From Burkholderia sp. (GTDB lineage Bacteria; Pseudomonadota; Gammaproteobacteria; Burkholderiales; Burkholderiaceae): a stretch of 64,000 bases of DNA. Each line of letters begins with the position of its first letter. Position 1 is the first letter of the stretch. A model generated the notes under the pieces. It saw only the letters and a program-made list of their open reading frames with translations. It did not search any database and was not told the origin of the DNA. The position numbers were made by a program, and so were the translations under genes. The stretch is taken from NCBI GenBank assembly GCA_040946965.1, contig JAYFRU010000001.1, positions 74-64,073 of the forward strand. Direction: 5' to 3'. Below are positions 1-9,800 of this stretch, in pieces.

Positions 1-81
1 CCCTCTCGATGCTTTCGGGTTCGTACACAGTCGCGCCAGGAATTTTACGAATCGGCCATAATTTTCAAATTACAAAATCCT

Positions 82-303
82 TTAAATAACTTTCTCAGGA
101 TCCTCAAGAAAACAATTCGACTCATAAAAATAATGGAAACAATCTCGGGATGCGAGATTATGAATGATGTCGATTTTGTCAATAAACAGATTGAGTAAGA
201 TATTTGGATGCAGAGCAAGATATTCGATGTCTGCAATGATTGTCAGTGGCTTGAAATCCTGGAAAGCCACGCGGGGTAAGGCTTTCTGTTTGATTTGCAT
301 CAT
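82..303 (-). CDS. hypothetical small protein (73 aa); weak call
   Basis: ORF-track entry 82..303(-), MMQIKQKALPRVAFQDFKPLTIIADIEYLALHPNILL... Its amino-acid composition is protein-like (not Arg/Ala/Pro shadow) and it lies in the AT-rich flank, divergent from the megasynthase operon. There is no clear Shine-Dalgarno upstream of ATG 303 and no recognisable motif. It overlaps alternative ORFs 45..236(-) and 179..424(-). Confidence 0.2.
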   Translation of the reverse strand: MMQIKQKALPRVAFQDFKPLTIIADIEYLALHPNILLNLFIDKIDIIHNLASRDCFHYFYESNCFLEDPEKVI

Positions 304-861
304 ATTTCATGCATGAGCGCCAAGCATATATATGCATGATCAGTCCAGCCCCCGATGTTCCTGCGTACCGGATTTGACGGACAGACAATCCCTGCAATCG
401 ATGATTAAATAAGCCTGCATGCAAGTTGTCGAGAAATCGATTGAATCAGAGATCTCGAATAGGTCCAACCAATCACAGTTTCAGCTCACGAGAAAAAAGC
501 TTCGTGGATATCAGTGCGGCATTCCCGACTAATCGACAGGCATCGAAACGAGTCAAGCCAGGCGGTCGAATGCTCGATTTGCCGACTCGTTTTGCCAAGT
601 CCGCTGCCATGAAGCGTTGATCGTTGCTAGCAAGGGCGTGATGCCCGGTTCGCGCAAATGCTGCCCGGTCTGGCGTCGTTTTGCAGTCCTCAGTTGCCGA
701 TATGAAATGAGTTGATCGATTGGCGCGCAATAGTCGTGCGCCGTGTAGGCAAAGGCATGCCGAGGTGCAGGCGGCATGCGGAATTCCGGTAGTTCTTTTA
801 CGGATCCGAGACTCGGCGCCGGTGCTAGGTGTCGTCTCGCGAGCTTGAGGAGCGTTGCCCC
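304..861. promoter_or_regulatory. AT-rich divergent intergenic / leader region upstream of the megasynthase operon (promoter not resolved)
   Basis: No convincing ORF. Hand count gives about 41% G+C over 1-420 (about 32% over 61-240), against a very GC-rich remainder. Perfect palindromes are TCATGCATGA 307-316, GCATATATATGC 324-335 and TGCATGCA 416-423. The GAGGAG ribosome-binding site at 847-852 lies 9 nt before ATG 862. I could not place a confident -35/-10 pair. Confidence 0.35.
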
Positions 862-3800
862 ATGCAGTCAGTCAGCCCGATCGGTGAGACGAAAAAGGCA
901 TTGCGCCTGTTGCAGGAACTGGTTGGATGCGAGCTGGGCATGCCCGCGCACGAGGTACCCGTGGAGTCGGACTACCTCAGCATGGGGTTCAGTTCGCGAG
1001 GCTTGATCGGCTTGATCCAGCAATTGGGCAGCCTGTTGCAGACGAAGCTGAGCCCCTCGGTGCTGTTCGACTATCGGACGCTGACGGAATTTGCTGGCTA
1101 CCTGGCCGAACATCATGCGCGGCGGCTGGCGGCCATGGAAACGGAGCAGGGCGCTTGCGCGAGCCAGGGCACGCACGACGCGCCATGCGCCGTGGCACCG
1201 CTGAACGAAGCGCAGCGCGGGCTGTGGTTCCTGCAGAAGAGCCATCCCCGGATGGCGGCCTACAACGTCCCGCTGTGCCTTCGGCTTTCGTCGCGCGTGT
1301 CGCGCGAGCGCATGCGCGAAGCCGGTGCGTGGCTGCTGCGTCGCTGGCCCATGCTCGGCGCCTCGGTGCGACGCGTGGACGGGCGGCTCGTCATGCAGGC
1401 GCAGCCGGGGCGCGAGCTTGCCTGGCACGAACACCACGCGAGCGACTGGAGCGAGGCGCAGCGGCTGAGCTGGCTGGGCGAGCGGCTGGCCGCGCCCTTC
1501 GACCTCGATAGCGGGCCGCTGCTGCGCGCCTGCTGGCTGGGCGGCGAGGCGGACGGCGGAAGCCGGCTGTTGCTGGTGATTCACCACCTCGTGATCGATG
1601 CGGTATCGGTTGGCGTCCTGCTGGCGGGCCTGCGCAAGACCTACGAGGATCTGGAAGCCGGGCGCAGCCTCGACGGCGCGATGGACGGCAGCGCCTATGG
1701 TGCCTTCGCCGCAGCGGAAGCCGGGCGACTGAGCGGCGCCGATGGCGCGGCTTGCCTCGGTTACTGGCGCGAACAGCTGGCGGACGCGCCGAGCAATCTC
1801 GGTCTGCCGCTGGATCGCGCGCGCGGCGCGGCGCCGAGCTTCCAGGGACGCACGCTGCGGCGCGAACTGCCGCCGGCGTTGAGCGAGTCCCTGCGGGCCT
1901 ACACCGAGCGGCATCGCGTGTATCCGTCCACCTTGCTGCTGGCGGTGTTCCAGGGCTTGCTGAGCCGCCACGCCGGACGCGACGAGGTGGTGGTCGGCAT
2001 GGCCATGGACGAGCGCGATGCGGCCAGCGCCGGGTTGGTGGGCATGTTCGTGAACATGCTGCCGATGCGCGCGCGTGGGCTTGGCCGGCGCGGTTTCGGT
2101 GAGGAGGTGCAGGCCCTGCAACGGCAGCTCGTCGATGCGATGGCACATGCCTATCCGTTCCCCGCGCTGGTGCGCGAGCTGGGCTTGAGCGGCGGAGACG
2201 CCTCGCCCTTGTTCCAGGCCGCGTTTCTCTATCAGGACACGCTCGATATCGACGCGCTTGCCGAGGTGGAGGACTGGACCTGGGAGGAAGCGCTTTACCA
2301 GGAAGGCGAATACGAGCTGGTGCTGGAGGTGCGCAGCGGCCGGCAAGGTCATGCGCTGTATTTCAAATACGATCCCAGCTTGTGGGACGAAAGCACGATC
2401 GAGCGTTGGTTGGGGCATTACCTGCATCTGCTCGAGGGCGTGCTGGCCGATCCGCAACGGCGGCTGGGCGAGCACGAATTGCGCGGCGAGCAGGAGCTTG
2501 CTCAGTTGGCTGCGTGGCAAGGCGAGGCGCGGGATTGGGCGCTGACGCCGGTGCCGGCCTTGTTCGCGCGTCAGGCAGCAGTCGATGCCCAAGCCTGGGC
2601 GGTGAGCGACTCGCAGCAGCGCTGGCGCTACGCGGAGCTGGCGGCCCACAGTGCGTCGATAGCCCAGCGCTTGCGCGCGCAAGGATTCGGCGCGGGTTTG
2701 ATCGTGGGTGTCTGCCAAGGCCGCAGCCCGTGGCTGCTGGCGAGCCTGCTGGGAATCTGGCAGGCGGGCGCGGCTTACGTGCCGCTCGATCCGGCGTACC
2801 CGGCCGAGCGCCTGCGCTACATGCTGGAGGACAGCGGCGCGGGCGTGGTGCTGAGCGATGCCGAGCATCTGTCGCAGGTTCAAGCGCTGGCAGGATCGCT
2901 GCCGGCATGGGCGGCGGATGAACCATGGTCAACGCCCTCGACGCTGGCATCCCTGCCCACGCCGCAGTCGCAAGACCTAGCCTATGTGCTCTACACCTCG
3001 GGTAGCACCGGGCGTCCGAAGGGCGTTCGCATCAGCCACGGCGCGCTGAGCAATTTCCTGCAATCGATGGCCGAGACGCCTGGGCTGAAGGCCGGCGATC
3101 GCTTGTTGGCCGTCACCACGATCAGCTTCGACATCGCGGGCCTCGAACTCTACCTGCCGCTGATCGGCGGCGGCGAATGCGTGCTGTGCCCGGCAGAGGT
3201 CTCGCGCGACGGCCGGCGCCTGAAGGCGGAGGTCGAGTGGGTGCGCCCGAACCTCATGCAGGCGACGCCGGCAACGTGGTCGATGCTGTTCCATGCGGGT
3301 TGGCGCAACACGGAAAGACTGAAGGTGCTGTGCGGCGGTGAAGCGCTGCCGGCGCGCCTGAAGCAGCGTTTCGACGAAATCGGCACGACGGTCTGGAACC
3401 TATACGGCCCGACCGAAACGACGATCTGGTCGACGCTGGCGAAGCTCGATGCCAAGGAGTCGATCCATATCGGGCAGCCGATCGCCAACACCCAGGCCTA
3501 TGTGCTGGACGAAGCCGGCCGTGAGCAGCCGATCGGCATCGAAGGCGAGCTGTATCTGGGCGGCGCGGGGCTGGCACAGGGTTACCACGGCCAACCGGAA
3601 CGCACGTCCCAGGCTTTCGTCGATCACGCACTCGGCAGGCTCTATAAAACCGGCGATCTGGCGCGCTGGCGCGCGGACGGCCGACTGGAACATCGCGGCC
3701 GCTCGGACCAGCAGGTGAAGGTGAACGGCCACCGCGTGGAACCGGGCGAGATCGAGGCGGTGCTGGAACAATCGGGCTTGGTGAAACAGGCGGCGGTGGT

Positions 3801-6800
3801 ATTGCGCGAAGGCGCGCACGGTTCACAGCTGGCCGCGTGGTGCGTTCCGATGAATGCAACGCATGGCGACACCTGGCTGGACCCGGTCCAGGTGCAGGCC
3901 TTGCAGGTGCAATTGCGCGATCGCGTACCGGCCTACATGCAGCCGTCGATCTGGCTGGGCACGGCGGGCTTGCCGCAAACGCCGAATGGCAAGATCGACC
4001 GTCAAGCGCTGCGTGCTCGCGCCTTGCCGGCACAAAGCGACGAGAAGGCGTCGCCCAGCGCAACCAGCCGCAGCGCCGTCCGAGCGGAGCTGGAATCGCG
4101 CCTGCTGGCCCTATGGGCCGAGGTGCTGGAGCGTCCCGCTGTTGGACGCGACGAGCGCTTCCTGGAAGCCGGCGGCAACTCGGTGGCGGCGGTGCTGCTG
4201 GCCGAACGCATCCAGGCCGAGTTCGGCCAGGCATTCGGCGTGGCGCAAGTCTTCGCACACACCAACGTCGCCGCCCAGGCCGCCTATCTCGACGAAGTGC
4301 AGTCCTTGTCGAGGCCGGCCGGCGCCGCCGATTCCCCTCGCCAGGAACCCGTTGCATCCGCAACCGATATCGCCGAGGACGCGCTGGCGATCATCGGCAT
4401 CGCCTGCCATTTCCCCGGTGCCGAAGACCATCGCGCGTTTTGGCACAACCTGCGCACCGGCCACGACAGCGCCCGGCTGTTCAGCCCCGAAGCACTGCGC
4501 GCCGCCGGCGTGCCGGAGCGCCTGATCGCCGACCCGCAATACGTGCCGGTGCAATACGGCATCGAGGGCAAGGCCGAGTTCGACGCGGAATTCTTCAACC
4601 TGCCGCCGCGTACCGTGACGCGCATGGACCCGCCGTTCCGGCTGCTGCTGCAGCACGCCTGGGCCGCGATCGAGGACGCCGGCTACACGCCCGAGGCGAT
4701 CCCCGACACGGCCGTCTACATGGCCATCGGCGGCCCCTTGCGGCTGGCCGAACCGACCGAGCCGGGCAGCCCCGGCGATTCCGACGACTACGTGAACTGG
4801 CTGCTGGCCCAGCCCGGCACGGTGGCCACCATGGTCTCCTACCAGCTCGGCCTGCGCGGGCCCAGCTACGCGGTGCACGCGAACTGCTCCTCGTCGCTGG
4901 TGGGCATGCACGCGGCCGCGCAGAGCCTGCGCAGCGGCGAGGTGCGCACCGCGCTGGTGGGCGCGGCCAGCCTGTTCGGCGACGACAGCCTGGGCTACCG
5001 CTACGAGCCGGGCCTGAACTTCGCCAGCGACGGCCGCTGCAAGACATTCGACTCGCGCGCCGACGGCCTGGTGGCCGGCGAGGGCGTGGCCGTGGTGCTG
5101 CTCAAGCGGGCACGCGAGGCGGTGGCCGACGGCGACCACATCCATGCACTGCTGCGCGGTATCGCGGTCAACAACGACGGTGCCGACAAGGCCGGCTTCT
5201 ACGCGCCCAGCGTGCGCGGCCAGTCCGAGGTGATCGAGCAGGCGCTGCGCCAGGCGCGTGTCGATCCGGCCCGGATCGGTTATGTGGAAGCGCACGGCAC
5301 CGGCACGCGGCTCGGCGATCCGATCGAGGTCACCGCGCTCAGCGAAACCTATCGGCGCCATACGCAGGCAACGCAGTATTGCGCGATCGGCTCGGTGAAG
5401 AGCAACCTCGGCCACCTGGACACGGCAGCCGGGCTGGCCGGCTGCATCAAGCTGGCGCTGAGCCTGCAGCATGGCGAGATTCCGCCGACGCTGCACTACC
5501 AGCAGCCGAACCCGGCGATCGATTTCGCGGCTTCGCCGTTCTACGTGGCAGAGCGCCTGCAAGCCTGGCCGCCCGGCCCGCGGCTGGCGGGCTTGAGCGC
5601 CTTCGGCATCGGCGGCACCAATACCCACGCGATCCTCGAGGCCCATCTGGCGGAACCCGTCGAAGCCCCGGCGGACAGCACCCAACTGGTCGTGCTTTCC
5701 GCGCGGACGCAGGAGCGCCTGCACGCCGTCGCGCGGCAGTTGCTCGACCATCTCGACAGTTCCGCTTCCTTGCCGTCGCTGCGCGACCTGGCTTATACGC
5801 TGCAAGTCGGCCGTCGCGGCATGACGCATCGGCTGGCCTTCGTCGCCGACGACATGAGCAGTTTGCAGCGGCAGCTGTCCGATCATCTGGCGGGCCGCAA
5901 GCTCGGCCACGAGGGCGATTGCGATCGCGGCCAGGCCTTGTTGCAGGCCTTCGAGCACGACGGCGACTCGGCTCGCCTGTTCGCGCAGTGGGCCGCCGCA
6001 GGCAAGCTCGACAAGCTGGCCGCGCTGTGGGTGCAGGGCCTTTCCCTGGACTGGGCGCTGCTGCACGGCACCCGCCGCCCGCGCCGGGTCAGCCTGCCCA
6101 CGTACCCGTTCGAGCGCACGCGTCACTGGCTGGAAGCCCCGGCCGTCGCGCCGGCGGCGGAACCGGAACCGCTCGAGCTCGCACCGGAACGCGCCTGGGA
6201 CGGCATGAGCTATCTGCCGCGCTGGGTGGCCACGCCGGTCATCGCGCATGACGGGCAGGCAGCGCCGGCCCCGGCATCGCTGCTCATCGTGGTGCCGGAG
6301 GCTTCCGCGCGTGCCGGCCAGTTGCTCGAATGGTGCGCGCGACGCTGGCCGTCGGCAGCCTTGCGCCTGATCCGCCTCGGCCGGGAAAACCGTCGCCTGG
6401 GCGAGGCGGAACACGTCTGCGACAGCTTCGACGACGGCCAGGCCTTGAGCGAAGCGCTGCAGGAAGGCAGCTGGCCCGACAGCGTGGTGTTCCTCGCCGA
6501 TGTCGATACCAGCGCGGAGGCGGCCTCGAACTGGCCGGGCCGCCCGGCATCGGCCGAAGCACAGTTGTTGCGCGTGCAACGAGCCCTGAACCAGGGCCAG
6601 GCCAGGCAGCGCACCGATTTCTACCTGGTGACGATCGAAGCCGACGCCGGCGGCGCGTCGGCAGGCGGCGGCCTGAGCGGCCTCGCCTACGCCATGGCGC
6701 AGGGCGATCACCGCCTGCGGCTGCGCCACCTGAGCCTGGACGTCGAGGCGTGGTCGGCATCCAGCTGGTGGGAACTTTGGGCCGAGCCGGCCAGCGAACG

Positions 6801-9800
6801 CGGTGAGCGCGTGCGCTTCAGCGGCGGCGAGCGTTGGCGGCAACGCTTCGAGCGCCTCGATTGGGGCAGCCTGCGCGACGGCGGGCTCAAGCAGGGCGGC
6901 GTCTATCTGATTGCCGGCGGCAGCGGTACGCTGGGCACGGCGATCAGCCGCTACCTGATCAAACGCTATCGAGCGCGGGTGATCTGGCTGGGCCGCAGCC
7001 GCGCCGATGCGCCGGAACTGGCCGCGCGCCTGCAAGCGTTGGCGGCGGGCGAGCTGGGGCCCAGCTATCTCCAGGCCGATCTCACCGACGCCGGCGCGGT
7101 GCGCGAGGCGGTCGCCCGGGCCAGGCAGATCCATGGCCGGATCGACGGCGCGATCTTCTCGGCCATGCAGCGCGGCGCGGATGCGCCCGCCGAGCGCTGG
7201 TGCCCGGCCGCGCTGGCCGAGGCCGTGGCCGTCAAGGCGCTCGGCGCGCGGCATTTCCATCAGGCCCTGCTCGGCGAATCGCTGGACTTCCTCTGCTATT
7301 ACTCCTCGGTGCAGTCCTTCGCCTTCCTCAGCGCCAGGGATTCGGCGGCTTATGCCGTCGGCGTGGCCGCAGCCGATCGCTACGTGCAATCGATCCGTGC
7401 CCGGTCACCGTTCCGCGTCGGCCTGATCCACTGGGGCTACTGGCAGGCGTCGCTGGCCGGCACGGCGCTCGAGCAGGACCTGGCCCGACACTTCACCGGC
7501 ATCCGCGCCGACGAGGCCTGCGTGTTCTTCGAGCGTTTCGTGGCGGCCCTGGGGCAGGGCGTGCTCGACCAGGCGATCTGCCTGAAGGCGTCCGATAGCG
7601 TGCGCGAGCTGATGCCCAGCACGGCCGCCGACGTGGTGGCGGTCGCCACCACCGGCACGCCGTCCTTCCTCGACCGCTTCGATGCCGCCGCGCTGCGCTC
7701 CACCGTGGCGCCGCCGGATTGGACCGAGCTGGACCGGCGCCTGCGCGGTCTGTTGTGCGCGCAACTGCGCCGCCTGGGCCTGTTCGACCAAGCCGGCGTG
7801 AGCTGGGACGGTGAGCAGTTGCGCCGCAAGCTCGGCGTGATCGACGACTACCGGCGCTGGTGGGACGAGTGCTGCACCGAGATGCTGGAGGCCGAAGGCT
7901 GGATCCGCACGCGGCAGGGGCGCGTCGAGTTGCTGCGCGCCCTGAGCCTGGAGCAGGCCGATGCGCTATGGCAGGACTGGGAGCGCGACAAGGCCGGCTA
8001 TCTGCAGGACCCGCAGCTGCGTGCCGCGCTGCTGCTGGTGGAGGACTGCCTGCGCCAGCTGCCCGAGGTGCTGCTCGGCCGGACCTCGGCCACCTCGGTG
8101 ATCTTCGCCGACGGCAGCATGAGCAAGGTGGCCGGTCTCTACCAGGGCACCGCCTGGACCGATTCCTTCAATCACCAGGTGGCGGTCACCGTCGAGGCCT
8201 ATGTGCGCCATCGCCTGGCCGCCGATCCGCAGGCGCGCCTGCGCGTGCTCGAGGTCGGCGCCGGCACCGGCGGCACCACCGCCAAGGTGTTGCCGCGCCT
8301 GGCCGCGATCGGCGCGCCGATGCTCGAATACTGCTACACCGATCTGTCCGAGGCCTTCCTGGCCCAGGCGCGCGAGCGTCATCTGGCCGAGCATCCCTAT
8401 CTGCGTACCTGTCGTTGCGACATCGAACGGCCGCTGGCCGGGCAGGGCATCGTGCCCGGCAGCTACGACATCGTGATCGCCACCAACTGCCTGCATGCCA
8501 CGCACGACATCCGCGCCACCTTGCGCCACGTGCAGGCTGCGCTGCGCTGCCATGGCGTGCTGATCGCCAACGAGGGCGTCAGCAAGAGCCTGCTGGGCAC
8601 CCTGACCTTCGGCCTGCTGGAAGGCTGGTGGCTCTACGACGATCCGCAACTGCGCATTGCCGGTTCGCCGCTGCTGGACAGCGCACATTGGCAGGCCTTG
8701 CTGGTCGAGGCCGGGATGCATCCGGTCTGCCTGGATGGCCCAGGCCGCGAATTGCAGCAGGTGTGGGTGGCGCAGAGCCATGGACTGATGCGCCCGGGCG
8801 GGGCGGCTTCGGTGCCGGTGCTGCCGCCGGCCGCGCCGTCGTCGGCAGCGGCGGGCGAAGCCGTTGCCGCGCCGGCTGCATCCTCGCCCGCCGCGTCCGG
8901 CGAAGCCGCATCCCAGGCGGCGATCGCCGCCGAGATCCGCGCCTGCCTGGCCGATACCTTGAAGCGCGAGGCTGCGGGCCTGGCCGACGAGACGGCCTTC
9001 TCGGACTACGGCATCGACTCGATCCTCAGCGTCGCCCTGGTCAAGCGGCTCAACCAGCGCCTGGGCATCCAGCTCGGCCAGACGGTGATCTACGACTACA
9101 GCACCATCGCCGCGCTGAGCCGCCACGTGCTCGAGCAGCACGGCGCGCCCGCGCCGGCGGTGCAGCCTCGGCCCGAGGCGGCGCCGTCGCCGGAGCCGGC
9201 CAGGGTCGAGACGCCGACCTCATCGGCCGCGCCGATGCTTGCGCCCGCAACGGTATCGGCCGCGACGCCGCCTGCCGTCGAGGCATCCCGGCCCGCGTCC
9301 ATCGCCGTGATCGGCATGGCTCTCCAGGTGCCCGACGCCGAGGATGCCGACACCTTCTGGGCGAACCTGATGAATGGCCGCGACAGCATCCGCGAGCTGC
9401 CCGAGGCCTATGGCCGCCCGGCGCGCGGCGCCCGCCCGCGCGGCGGCGCACTGGCTGGCCGCGACCGGTTCGACGCCGCCTTCTTCGGCCTGTCGCCCGA
9501 GGAGGCCGCCGGTATGAGCCCGGCGCAACGGCTGGTGCTGGAGGAAGGCTGGAAGGCGCTGGAGGATGCCGGCCACGACCCGCACAGCCTGCGCGGCAGC
9601 CGCACTGCGGTGTTCGTCGGCGCGGAGCCGAGCGGCTTTTTCCAGGGCTCCTTCTCGGGGTCGTCCGAGGCGATCATCGCCTCGCGGCTGTCCTATCAGC
9701 TGGACCTGAAGGGGCCGGCCCTGGTGGTCAACACCGGCTGCTCGTCGGGCGCGATGGCCATCCACCTGGCCTGCGAGAGCCTGCGCCGCAGCGAGACGCA

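Noticed and set aside
385-420. Possible lux/cep-box-like element (CCCTGCAATCGATGATTAAA) upstream of the operon.
   Set aside because: Only the CCCTG half resembles the consensus, and there is no matching inverted half-site. It is not supportable without a motif search.
426-620. Small ORFs in the left flank (426..620+, 473..730-, 553..777-, 179..424-, 45..236-, 776..1006+).
   Set aside because: They mutually overlap, have no ribosome-binding sites and are compositionally unremarkable. Only 82..303(-) has a somewhat protein-like sequence, and it is kept as a low-confidence call.
1761-5643. The 3.9-kb repeat as an insertion sequence or other mobile element.
   Set aside because: There is no transposase, inverted terminal repeat or target duplication. 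Both copies are in frame inside biosynthetic genes and encode C/A/PCP/KS sequence, with homologous but diverged flanks.
5641-6135. Post-KS regions (about 150-170 aa after each KS) as possible cryptic AT domains.
   Set aside because: They are too short for an AT (about 300 aa) and lack GHSxG and the AFH/ASH motifs. They end with the LPxYPF..W signature of trans-AT KS flanking subdomains.
3837-6251. Plus-strand off-frame ORFs such as 3837..6251, 14297..16375, 16502..18829, 25748..27409, 33184..35613, 39751..41841, 42274..46485, 47068..48858, 59896..62088.
   Set aside because: All are alternative frames of the megasynthase genes with extreme Arg/Pro/Gly/Ala content. None has domain motifs or independent start signals.
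9739-9741. Calling KS2 (and KS6, KS10) KS0 from sequence.
   Set aside because: The Cys, both His motifs (HGTGT, xIGH) and the GRC motif are intact. Any non-elongating behaviour is only a structure-based inference and is reported as such in the findings.
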